A stretch of 64,000 bases of DNA, taken from NCBI GenBank assembly GCA_021613535.1, contig CP075496.1, forward strand, positions 2,356,001 to 2,420,000, read 5' to 3'. This document shows positions 38,691 to 54,805 of this stretch, in pieces. A program made the position numbers and the translations under genes. Under the pieces are notes generated by a model that ran no database searches, was not told the origin of the DNA, and saw nothing but the letters and a program-made list of their open reading frames with translations. Positions within the stretch are counted from its first letter, which is position 1; each line of letters starts with the position of its first letter. This DNA is from Adineta vaga. Taxonomy: Eukaryota > Animalia > Rotifera.

Positions 38691-39574
38691 TTTGATGTAA
38701 AGATTGATAATAATAAAAAAGAGAAGAAAACGAAGCATGAAGGTAACTGAATGAGTGTGTGAAAGTCCTTCGCGAGCTTTTTTTTTGCTTCATGCAAAAA
38801 CATACTGGTCATGCTTGACCTGTTGTTGATCATGATAATTGCGAAGATATGATACATATTGTACGGTAGTATTGTTATTTAAATACTCGTGAACGTACTA
38901 GTAACGGTTAATTGTATCTTGAATACGAAAAAAATCATTTGAATAGACAAGAAAAATAAAAAAACTTCATTACTTTTCGTGTTATTACACATGAATGAAA
39001 TATGGAAAAGACGATTTTACTAATTGATTTCAGATTCTAGTACAAATTTCAATAATGAATCTTTCGTATTGATTTTGAAAAATTATCTTTGATAGAATAT
39101 TGAATGATTAATATATGTATACGAAATAAAAATGTCCTTTTAAAAGCAAAAGACCTTAGTATTTAGTATTAATTTTGTCATCGACTTGAAAGTTAATAAA
39201 TTATATGTCGTAGATTTGATAACTAATTGTCAAGAATAGACATATCTTGAAGTAATGAACCGAGAATGAATAAATAACTGAAAATTGATCTTAAACTTTT
39301 GCACTCTTTACTCATATTTTCAAGAAAAATCATTATCTTCATCAGATTCTTGTCTAGACAAGAGAAGATCGATTATTATCAAATGATGTCGTACCTCTCT
39401 TACATAGCTAACTAGATGTCACTACTATGTTTAAAATTAGACGAATTATATTCGATAATATGGAAAGAAAGAAAAGAATATGTCTTTGTTCTGTTCATAT
39501 TCAAAATCACATCAACATTGATCATTGTTGTCAATTGTCCATCAATTCTTTCCGATATTACACGTTCCCTAAAC

Positions 39575-42564
<2,990 letters not shown>

Positions 42565-42778
42565 ATTAAGAAATATTCATTTTCCTGTATAGAATCGTTG
42601 TTTCTTTTTTTGAAGAAATTCTGTCAGATATATATTTCTTTATGTAGAAAAAAAAACACAATTATTTTTTTTGTATTAAAACAATTAGATATATAGATTC
42701 AGATATATATATATATTTCGATAATAAAAATAAAGTCAGATTTGCTATTCTTTGAAGATTTTGTATTATTTTACTAAA

Positions 42779-44613
42779 ATGACGGATCGTTTGGCTTGGA
42801 CAGATGGCCAATTGCATGTTGGTGAAATGATGATTACAACACAAACTGGTGTATCAATTTATGATGGATCCGATAAAGTGAGAAGAGAATGATTTTCAAA
42901 TCTAATTACTTCATCTATATATAGACGGACTATCAAAAAGGTTTAATTACATTAACTAGTCATCGAATTTTATGGAAAGATAATTCATCACAGGTGAAGT
43001 GTGTGATTGATAGAACAACTTCATAATAAAAATTCATTTTAGATAGAATTGCCACTTTCAGTGATCATATTTAGTGAAAAGAAAGACGCATCATTTACTT
43101 CCAAGTAAGATTTTCATCATATATGACTGTTAAAACTGATGTTCGACTAAATGTATCGGCAGTCTTTTCTTGCTAATACGAACAATGAAATTGATTCTTT
43201 TTGAAACTGTTCGTTTCAATCTGATATCTTTGTTTAGAGCTCGTCTTCTTTGCACACTCTCAAAAAGTCAAGAACAAAAACGTCCAGGTCCATTTGCAAG
43301 TAGTCGTCACGATGAAATACAATTTGAATTTCGTGAAGGTGGTTGTAATGAAGTAATTTCTTTGAGCAAAGTTTCATGTCTATTGTATAAAGTTGTTCAT
43401 TTTCTAGTTTTTACGTTTAATTCAAGAAGAACTCGTTAAAAAACGTTGGTTATTACAGTCATTAAAACCAACAACGGCAACAACCGTAAGTTTTTTTTTT
43501 AGATAGAAATTTGCAAGATTCCAATTTGATTTTTCTCCTAGAGTGATCGTTTACATCGAACAGGTATATCGGGTATTGAAAGTCATATGCAACATCAATT
43601 GAATACTCAAGAACAATCGATCAGTGGAGCTTTTCAAGATTTAAATAAACTTATGCAACAAGTCTGTATATACATTTGTCGTTAGATTAATCATAATTAA
43701 GTTTCTTTTTTCTTTTCTCGATCAGGCAAAAGATATGGTCAGTATATCGAAAACAATTGCGAATAAAATTCAAGAAAAACGAAATGATTTAACAAGTGAT
43801 GAAGTAAGTTCATCTTTTTCATCTTAATTCGTACATAAATCTTCTCTTAGACTATACGTTTTCGATCATATCTACTTAGTCTGGGTATTGATAATCCAGT
43901 TACAAAAGAATCTGCTGGTAGTCAATATCATGTATCATTAGCTAAAGAATTAGCATCTGTTTTAGAAAAAGCATTAAAAGTAAGACGAACAATTTTCAAA
44001 AAGAAAAAAAAAGATGAAAGAAACGATTTAGGATACAAATGGAATCATGACATTGAGTGATGCATTTTGTCGAATCAATCGTGCTCGTGGTTATGAAGTA
44101 TGATTTGAATTTAAATCTATTCAAGTAGAATCTTTTTGTTTCTTCAGTTAATCTCACCAGAAGATTTACTTAATGCTGCTGTTCATATGGAAGAATTAGG
44201 GTTACCTGTTAGGTAATCAATGATATTTCAAGATTTAGAAAGAAATTTCGTTTAATTTAGATTACGTGTCTTAAGTTCGGGTATCAAAAGTTTTGAATTA
44301 ACAAATCGAAATGAGAAAAAAGATTTACAAGAGATAACAGAACTTGTATGTATCATCATTTTTACTTTCTAAAAAAAGTCTTTGACAACGATAATTCTTA
44401 GGTGAAAACAATGAAATCAATGAGTGCGGATCAATTAGCTAATAGACTTGGCATTCCTGTGATTGTTGCTCGTGAAAGGTAAACAAAAGAAATAAAATGA
44501 TAGAGAATATTATCTCTCATTCTTTCTATAGATTAATCGCTGCTGAAACAGGTGGTTCACTTTGTCGTGATGATTCAATTGAAGGACTTCGATTTTATCC
44601 GAACATTTTTTGA
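42779..44613 (+). CDS. VPS36: ESCRT-II subunit VPS36 (EAP45)
   Basis: [10 protein letters not shown]...[18 protein letters not shown] (GLUE domain), [70 protein letters not shown]-stop. Confidence 0.95.
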
Positions 44614-45686
44614 TTTATTCTTTTATTTATTTAATATAAATAATTTCTTTTTTTTCACATCAGACATCTTTCTTTGAATTTTCAGTGAAGATCTTCTTTC
44701 TATATGAAATATACATTCGCAATATGAATGCTTGATTACATCTAGTATTAATAATATGGTTAATGTCATTCTACGTATTTATTTTCCTTTCCTTTACAGA
44801 AATAATTGAATTTTATATGTAGTTAATTTTCTGGTTCGAAAAATCTCCGATTTGTTAATCATAGTTTTTCAACAGATGTCACATTTTGATTTTCTAATGA
44901 TTACATTTGCTTGTTTTTCATATAGGCAACAAACGTCATTAGTTAACATAGTTTATTTGTCATGTACAGTTAATCTCGTTGTAGATTAAGATACTTTCTA
45001 CAATCAAATGACGGAAAAACATTGTTCTTTATCTCTAACATCGAAACCTATTCTTCTATTCGTCTAGATGAATAATATAATAATAACAAATCTATTCCGT
45101 TAATTAAGATTGAAGTATACTTATAGAATGTAATATCTTCACTATTTATGAGATATGAATATAAAAGAATAGTAAATTAGTTATTTGATAATATATGTAT
45201 GTTTAATTATTGAAGAACAGAAAAAAAAGTATTGACATTTGAAATTTCTATATATATATACATAGACAATTGTCTTCATCGAACAAAAATTTCACTGTTG
45301 TCAATGACAAAAACCGCACAGAAATGAGCAGAAGACAACGATAGAAAAGAGAGAAAAAAAACAAACAAGAATCGTGACCATATGTATATAGATATATAAT
45401 ATTGAATTGTGATGTTCTGATTGATTTTTCTTTTTGAACAATAGACAACTAATTTTGTTCTCAAATTATTGCCAGACTGGATCGAATTGATACATTTTCT
45501 TTTCTATTCGACTACATGCAAAATTCTTCGGATAAATAAACAAACAAAAACAAACGTAAGAATATTCGTTTCCACATAGAATAGAAGACAATTCATATGT
45601 ATGAGCTAAAAGAAAGAAGACATAGCAAAAATAAAGTGTGGGTATGTTTTTTTCGTATATGGGAAGAAAACAAACAAGCAAATACT

Positions 45687-47914
45687 TCAACGTCGAATGA
45701 GATCATCATCGAAGGGATTAGTACCACGTTTTGGTGTAAAGATAGCTGGTTGACGATGATTTGTATTTGGAGATTGAGCTTGAGCTGCCATTGAATAACC
45801 ATAAGGTGAAAAGGGATTTGTCGGATTATTACTTTGAATAAGAGCATTTAAGTTTGAATTGAAAGCATCATTGATCGTTTGAGGTGGGACGGATGATGGT
45901 ACGGATTCATAGGGTTCAGGTATTTGTTCATTAAATATAGGAGTTTGACTTGTTAACCAAAGATTTGAAGTGAGATTTTCGTTGGTATTAGTCATCAATG
46001 ATGACGAAGAAGGCAGTGGTGCCTGTACGAATACTGGTGGTTGTGGTGGAATGAATGGGGATTTCGTTGTTGGAAGAGAAAAATGATTAATATCATGCGT
46101 ATAACCATTCGTATTTGTTGAATCAATTAATGATAATTTGTTAAGTTCATTTGTTGTTTGTACAGGTTCAACTTCTTCTTCAATAACTAAAAGAAAAGTT
46201 TTGTTTTATGAAGAAGAAATAAAGACACGAAAATATGTTAATACATACTTGTACTCGGAAGTAATTCTTTATTTCGTGCTTCTTGTATTGACGGTAAATC
46301 ACTGGGTCTTAATGAACTTTGTCGTTTAAAAGCACCTAATGTTGTTTGATTAAGATCACCTACACGAAGTGATGCACTTCGCATAAAAGCATCGGAATCA
46401 GTTCCTTTCGGTCGTGGTCTTTCTATGGCACCATTTTTTTGCAGAGAAGAATTAGTTAACGTTGACATTGTATTTAAATTATATGGAATTGGTTCTAAGA
46501 TAATAATAAAAAAAATGACATAAGAATACATTTCAAGATATGTTCAGTGAAATTCTACCAGCAATGATAGCACTCTGAGGATCAATCAAACGTTCTGTGA
46601 TAGACGTTGTACGAAATGAACCAAAACGTGTAAAAGATGTACCATTTTGTGTATATTCAACAGTAACGCTACATTCACGATCACGTTTTTGCTTTCGTTC
46701 TAGACATATTTGAAATGCACAACCAACAGCATGACTCAAACGTTCACCCTAAATTATGTAAATATATGAAAGAAAATTTTCGAATGAATGTTTTTCTTCT
46801 TCTTCTTCTTTTACCGAATCTTTAATTGCAAGAAAACCATGACAAAGCCAACGACGTGTTGTGCCATCTCGACATATATATGCAAAACCTTTTTCATGAT
46901 GACGATCCGGAGCACAAAACGAAACTTTTTCAATCGTTTGATCAACGATCAGACCCTTTCGAAAAACAAATAACAACATAATATATTTCATCACAAGAAT
47001 CTCAACATACTTTATTGGTTTCATCAACAACTCGAAGAGCATCACCAGATATGTGTAAAACAGCTTTAATATGTTTACCTTTTTGCTAAAAAAAAGAACA
47101 ATTCAATAAATAATCTTTTACATGAAATCAACAGAACTTACATTCAATAGAGCTTGAATTGCTTGTTCACAAACATGCATTCCTCGTGATTCTTGAACTT
47201 CTACACTTCCAAGATACTAAATATCATTCGCTTTGAACATTAAGTTTATCTTATCATTCAATTTACTCTACCTTAACACTAAAATTACAAGCACCAGAAC
47301 GTACAGATTTCTCATCATCTTGCCATTGTGGTGGTTTATTTTCTGTAGTTGTATTATTTGTTGTAGTTGGTACATTATTATTGTTATTATTTGTTTTCGT
47401 TGAATGATCTGTACTATTGTTATTGTTATTATTATTATTATTTCGACTATCATTCGATGTATTTCCTTTTTTTCGACTACGAAAACTTAATGTTCGTCTT
47501 AATCGATCCATTTGTCGATGTTTTTTTCTTCGAACTGTTTCAGTATTGGGTGGTGGTGGTTGTTGTTGTAATGGCAATGATTTCGGTTGATCGTCTAAAA
47601 ATATATCCAGGAAGAAAAATAAATAAACTAATCATTTTTAACAAATACAATAGAAGATCATGCAAGCAGAAGCAACATGCAAATTTACAAATTTAATCAA
47701 GACCAATCAATAATATATTTATTTTAAAATCAAGCGAATCTGTAACATGCAAAACTTTCATATCCCGTTATTTGTTAATAGAAGCATGGAATGAATAATG
47801 AATTAGTTTGAATTTATCTTCAGTGGTTTTACCTGTTACTATCGTTGAAGTACCATTTGCTGGTGGTTGACGATTCTTACGAGAATGTAAACGGCGTGAA
47901 TGCTCAGCACCCAT
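45687..47914 (-). CDS. NUMB: Numb endocytic adaptor (PTB domain, NumbF, NPF motifs)
   Basis: [106 protein letters not shown], and C-terminal NPF motifs. An upstream in-frame exon starts MGAEHS at 47914. Confidence 0.96.
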
Positions 47915-48737
47915 TATATCTCTTTTTCTCTTTTATTTATAGAATTCTACTGAGGAAAATCAAGGGATATTGAAGGATATATATATATGTATATACAAAC
48001 TAATATCAATCAAAACACAAAACAATAAATCAAACGAATAATAATATCGATCAAAGAAATAACGTACCGATTAAATTGAGTTCTTTTTCTGCTTGTATTG
48101 AATCATCTAAAATAGTTTTGTACTTTTAATCTGATGAATAATGTCTTGAAAAGAACAACAAACAAGAGTGAAAAAAAACTGGGATTAGTCGTTATCAATA
48201 GACCATCGAACTACAAAATGTCACGAGTAAAACAGACTGATTCGTTTTCATAAAAATCTCTCGCACCATATTGATGACCTTCTTCAACACAATACGTGAA
48301 GGAACGTCACCCATGATACGTATATGTTGTTTTTTTTCAGTTCGCTTTTTAAAGGCTTAACATTCTTTCTTAATGCATATGTATTTTTTTGCTCTTTAAT
48401 TTCACTCCTAAAGAAAAAAACATCTCTCATTATGACTAACACTGACGTATCGATGAGAAACAAAATCGAAAAATTTTAATGTTTAAACAAAAACTATCTA
48501 ATAAGTACCTTGTGAAAAGAATTCTCGTTTTTTTTTCTCTCACTTTCAAATAGAAATAAATAAATGATAAAGAATAAACAGGACAAGATAACGGATATAG
48601 GAAGCGCTATGAGTAACAATCGTTTTCAAAGCTTATGTGGCGCTTGATGAATTGGATTTTTTCATTGGATAGATGGAGATACGAATCGAAGACTTCATTC
48701 TATTTATTATTATTATTATTTTCGAATTTGATTAACA

Positions 48738-51700
48738 ATGACTGATGAAAATGATATTGATAATGAAGCAAATAATGTTGATATTAATGGAAAAATCGAA
48801 AATTATCCTCAACCATCATTAAGTAAAGAAAGCAAACACCAAACTCCTTTGTTGTTTTTTGACTAAATCTTGTTGTCTGATTAGAAATGATTTTAGAAGT
48901 TAGTAATAATTCAACTATCGAACGTCATATTTATAATGTATTACGTAAACATTTTCTTGAACAACGTTCAATAACATGGAAACCAATTAAAGTCGAACTA
49001 ATTATCAACACACAATTAACCGATGATTTTTTTGGTAAATATTTCACTTTTTTTCTTTCTTCAATTCGAGTCTTTCTTTTATCTATATCATTACAAATAC
49101 TTAGTATATATGGCAAGTATCTATCGCTCTCTTCTATCTTATCATTTCAATGTTCATTTGAAAACATCAACATTGTATGCAATTCATAGATATTGTTTTA
49201 TTATTCAATTCTCTTTATCGATTCTGCACTTCATCTTCTTTTACATAGATATACGTTGTTCTTTTGTTTAAATAGATAAATCCTTTTATTTCGTCTTACA
49301 ATAGATAGGATATTAACTTCGACTCTTAGTACTTAATATTTCGTTATGCATGTTTATTATCGTCTTTTTTTTCTTCAACATTTTTTGACAATATCGAATT
49401 ATGTGTATGCACAAAACTATATGCGTATCAATACTAAATATATGTTCGATTTCAATTCTAATCTGTTGACATATTTCGTGGTTTCGCTCGTTTTGATATT
49501 GATTTGTTTTTTTTTGATGAAATATTTTCTATTTTAGCAATACGAAAACAATTTGAAAAAGCATCGGATGGAAACCGATCTGAATTCGAAGAACAATATG
49601 GATTTCTTATTGAAAATGATGCACAAACTCAGGATATCTGTAGCAACGGTTATCATTGTACCGAAACTTCATTCAATGTACTAGGTAAATACATGAAAAT
49701 GATTTTCTTCTGAGAGCAAACAATACGTTTTGTTCGGTTGTTCTTCACTGATTAATTATTTAACCTCTTGGGCAGGAGAGGAGAAAGAAAACTTAAATTT
49801 AGTTAAAAACAAACATTGCTCTAAGCTTATACTTAGTTTTTAACAAAAATAACTTTTGTATTCTCATATGTGTGATTATTTACATATGCTTGCTTATCTC
49901 TTTTATCCTTGTCCCTAGAGATTCTTTCTCTCTCTCTCTATATATATATCTATATATTTATGTACGTTGGTAAAATTTGCTCCTATTGACTTGTAAGTAT
50001 TTCTATCACTATGAATCAATGTAGATCGCTCTATATCTATTATTGTTTCAATCACTGACCACTTTGTTTTATACTTCGCTCTGAATGGTTGTTGAAAACA
50101 TTTTTAAAAAAAGAGATCGCAGTACGCTATCGGTTATTGGTTGTGTTATGTTTATTTAAATTTTTTCAATCTAATAATTCTTAAAACATCAAACAAAATA
50201 TCGAAGCTCTCACTTTGCATTATGATTATTGATTGTCATGCGATTTCTACTAATTCTTAGATAAAAAAATAATCATTTAGTAGCATTCTTTCTTATTGTT
50301 ACGTATTTACACCTCTTTATTTTTTCCTTTCGTTTATATGTCGTTATGTTTATTTATATAAAACTTCTTCACTTATATTTGATCCTATTTTGCACATTTA
50401 TCACTCATGGTGTTTTTCTTTTCTTACTAATCAGACCAAAAAGAAAATGATTCTTGCCATTGTCGCACGTTTTTCTAAATGACTGTTTGTAGAATTTGCT
50501 TGCATGTGCTCTTTGTTTCTCTCTTTTTTTATCTTGCTGTTAATTTGTGTTAGTTTTTTTTTAATTTCATATCGGTATACGGGAGACCTTCACATACATA
50601 CATATGTATATGCATACAATGCATTTTTTGCATGGGGCTTTGGTAGTTAATTTTATGTTTTCTATCTCTCTCTCTCTCTCTTTCTTGTATTGAAAAGAAC
50701 AACAAACATTGTTTTGTGTGTGTTCGAGTGTTTCAAATATTCATTTAGGATTTATGAAGATATGCTGTTCAAATGGATGAATATATACCAAATAAACAAC
50801 AATGTGAGTTTTCAAATGATGACCAATGCTCTGGCTTTTGACATCTTTCTCCTATTTATCCTGCCTTATTATCCATGTCAATCGACATCGCGCATTAGAC
50901 CAATATTCGATGTAATATGTCTACATATATCGTGGTTTTTATGATCATCTTCACATAGCTCATATATATATATCTATTTGTATTTATAAATTACACTTAG
51001 CTTACGTCGTTTAGTATTCAGTTGTGATTTCTATGTGCTATTTTTCTTTCATTTTGTTTGCTGCTCGCATAGATATAAAGATGGTTTGTATACTGTGATT
51101 CTTCTTAATATTTGTCTACGAATGTTTCTTGATGCAGAGATATGCACTGAAACCATCGTACATTTAGTTAGATATAACATTCGTTTTATTTTTCGTCAAC
51201 TTTGTCCCCGAGAAATCTCAATTCTTTTCCTATTTGGTTGCTTTTTTTGTTTGCAATCGATCACTGAATTGAAAGTTTTTTCATTGCTATCCATATATCT
51301 ATTTAATAATTACAATTGATATCTTTATAACTATATGTCTAGTAATTGGTCTCTTGTGTCTGCATGCTTCTTTTTTCTCTTTATATGAATGTTAGATTGA
51401 AATGTTTCTGCGATGATTTAATTTCGAAATCTTTTATCAACATTTTTGCTTTGATGATTATGAGAAACACTATAATGAGAACAAAAAAGTAAACGATTGA
51501 AATTTGAACATGTTTTTGATAAAAATATCTGCATGTTGTTAATTTTTTACCGTTTTGTAATCTCATATATTCGTCGTTATCTTGTTTTCCTGTTTCAATT
51601 GAATTCTTTCTTTAATTGTTTATTATTCTTTTCGTCTATGCGTGTATTTTCATTGTTGTTTCAATGTTCATTGTTCGTCTATGTGTATATATTTTAGGAC

Positions 51701-54493
51701 ATAGTAAATGTGGTGTGTACGTTTGCAAATATGCTGACGTATGTATTCGACATGCGAGTGTTCGACGAACATGGGAAGGAAATCTAACGATTAAAATGAT
51801 CGTTTTTAAGGTGAGCATTGATGATATTTATGAGAAAAATAAACTGATCATTGATCTCGTCTATTAGATTGTTGAAGGAAAAAAAACAGCTGCTCTTGTT
51901 CGTAAAGGACCCAAACTACAACCTATATCACCTACAGTACATTTTACATGTCATTCTTCAGTCATTACACCGAAAGAAACGGATGATCTCGAAAAACAAT
52001 TCGATCAATCTCAGGTAGAAATTAAAGATATAAATTATTGTTTTATTTTAAATAATTCTTTCTTTATATAGATATTTTTATATGAATTCAAGGGTCGAGA
52101 AACAGTGAAACGACCACATCATTGTTTACCATATGCTATTGTCAGCCTCATACAAGATGGTCTGTATCATTTTTTTAAACGTTTCGTTTAGAATTTCATA
52201 TTCATTTTTAGGAAGTCAATGGCCAACGAATTTTGATGATCTGGGTAATGAGCCTGATATTTTAGAAACAGATACTCTACGAGTGATTGCGCAAGCTGAT
52301 GATCCTTCATTACAAAATAAATTAAAAGAGAATGTTGAGTTAGCTGAAGCAGCCACACTTGCATTGCAACATGTCTATGAAGAAGATCTTCCTGCTCCAT
52401 CACTATCACCACCATCATTCCCTGTCGTTGAAGGAGAACAAGAACAACAACTACCTCAACTATTAACGGATTCAGAAACAATACCAACACTAACAACGAC
52501 ATCATCAGATAATACATCCACTCAGATAGTTAATGGTGTCGATTCATTGTCGTCTCCGGCACCTTTAAGCGAACATTTGCTAACAACAACAACAACAATA
52601 CCATTTTCAACAGAAATAACGACAGATATTACGAATGGTTCATTAAATTCTACGGTAATACCACCACCTCCACCTTCACCACCATCTTCATCAGCAACAC
52701 CTTCTGCAAGCAAAACACCAACTCCATCAGAAGCAACTGTGATACCATTATCTACTTCGGGTGCAGCTATGCAAGCAGCTTATCGACAACAAACAGGACT
52801 TTTAGGTGCTTTACCAGGTGCGGCTGCTCTACGGTCAGTTCCAGGCTCTGTCTATGCTACAACAGCTGGTCTAATGAATGGTCATTCTGGACAAATAGTA
52901 TATGGTGGTAAGTTCTCACTTTTAATCTAATAATGAAACGTTATGTTACATTACTTATGTCTTAATCATCCTAGGTATGTCAGCAGATGCTCTACGTAGT
53001 TTTGGAAGTACAGCAGCTGGTTCTGCTGCTACTTCCTATGTATTGACTAATCATGCTGGTCAAACAGTACAACAACCTGCACTGTATGCTGCACAGCTAC
53101 AAGCTATTGCTCAACAACAACAACAACACCAACAACAAGCAGCTCAATTAGCTGCGTTTGCTGCAGCTCAACAGCAACAACAACAAAGTTTAATGAATGG
53201 TATACCAGCTGGTTGTATGCTTGTACGTACAGCTAATGGTGGTTATGCTCTATTGGCACAATCTCCGACAGCTGCAGCAGCAGCACTACAAGCACAGGCA
53301 CCACTTGCACAGCAACAATATTTTTCTATAAATGCGGCTGGTCAACCAACAGCAGTTTCAGCAGGGGCAGGAGGACGATTTCCTGTTGCCTTTGTTGGTG
53401 GTCAACCACAACAAGTTATGTATCAATACGCTGGACAACCAACTATGCAAGCTGCTCCAACACAATACATTCAACTGCCGTCAAATTATGCACAACAGCA
53501 ACAGGCACATCAACAGTTATCAACGAGTCCTGTTATGCAATCAACAGCGTCAGCCGCAGCACAAGGTTTGTTCAATTTTTCAATAAAACTTCCTGTAGAC
53601 TATACATAATCTTCTTTGTTTCTAGCTTACACGAATCAACCAACCATACAATATATTAGTGCATCACAATCAGCTAATAATAGTGCTAATAATTCTTCAT
53701 CGAATTCTATGTCTTCGATGAATCCGTCGGGAACATTACTATCATCATCTCCGACATCCGCAATGATTTCACCCCAAAAACAAAGTGCTGCATCAGCAAC
53801 AGCTGCTGCTCTTCAACAACAACAGCAATATCAACATGCCCAATATTCAACAACATCATCTCAACAACAGCAGCAGCAACATCAATCTGTTAATACTGCG
53901 CATGGTACTAATGTTTATTATGCAGCAATAGCTCAAGCACAAGCTCAATATACAGCACAAGTACAAGCCCAACAACAAGCAGCTATGCTAGCACAACAGC
54001 AACAACAACTGAATTTAGTTTCTCAAGTACGAAATTGAATATATGATTTGAGAGAGAGAGAAGAATTGTATATCTGTTTTTTTTTAATATTTAGATGCCA
54101 TATGCAACTCAACAAGGTGTTCCACAACAGATGTATTATGCAACACCCGGTGGTCAAACAATATATCAAGCAGGTGGTCAAAGTTACGTTCTTTCTCAGC
54201 CAGGAACTACGACAACTGGTGCTCCAGCAATATATTCTGCAGGTCCTGCATTGCATAATGGTGCTACTCAACAACAAAATCAGCAGCAATCCATAGCTTA
54301 TCAAATAGCAGCTGCTGCCAACGGGCAACCCACAAATGCCGCCTATCAAATGCTTACTGCTGCATCCAATGGTAATGTACCTACATCACAACAGACGTCA
54401 GCAAATGCTGGTGTTGTTGTTCAACAATCAGCACAACTCGCACAACGTCCAAGTGTCTTATCACAAATGCGACATCATCCATACAGAAATTAA
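48738..54493 (+). CDS. TASOR/TEX15-type DUF3715 (pseudo-PARP) domain protein with a long Q/A/Y/G-rich C-terminus and terminal PY-NLS-like motif
   Basis: Spliced exons (48738-48822, 48885-49034, 49538-49684, 51698-51810, 51868-52014, 52072-~52159, ...) read NVLRKHFLEQ...LIINTQLTDDFFAIRKQF...EFEEQYGFL...ICSNGY...VLGHSKCGVYVCKYAD...IVFKIVEGK...ISPTVHFTCHSS...SQIFLYEF...RPHHCLPYAIVS. This matches recalled TASOR motifs (SYAFL, ICEKGL, LGxPSMGVYLSRYAD, IFKIMKGK, PTPxHECH, QYYFYEY, RPRHVCPYAVVS). Ends RHHPYRN. Confidence 0.8.
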
Positions 54494-54805
54494 ATATAAA
54501 TCTGTCGTTTTTTCACTTTTGTTTATCACTATTTGGTAACAGTAGGATATCAGCGTTTGATCATATTATCTAACTCCGAAAATTTCACTTACTTGTGTGT
54601 CACATTTTGTTTACTTCAATATATTGCTAACACTTGTACATTGAAATCAAATATATTCAACTATTATTTCATTTATGTTTTGTTTTTGATTGTATATAAA
54701 AGAAAAAAGAAAGAAATAGAAACGCCATTGTAATCGTATATGAACATATTCTTATTCTTCATACATATTTGATTTAACTACAATTCTCTAGATATTTGAG
54801 AAATA

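Noticed and set aside
43105-43238. Longer VPS36 intron with two small hairpins
   Set aside because: No correctly placed H/ACA or C/D boxes, so a snoRNA call is not supported.
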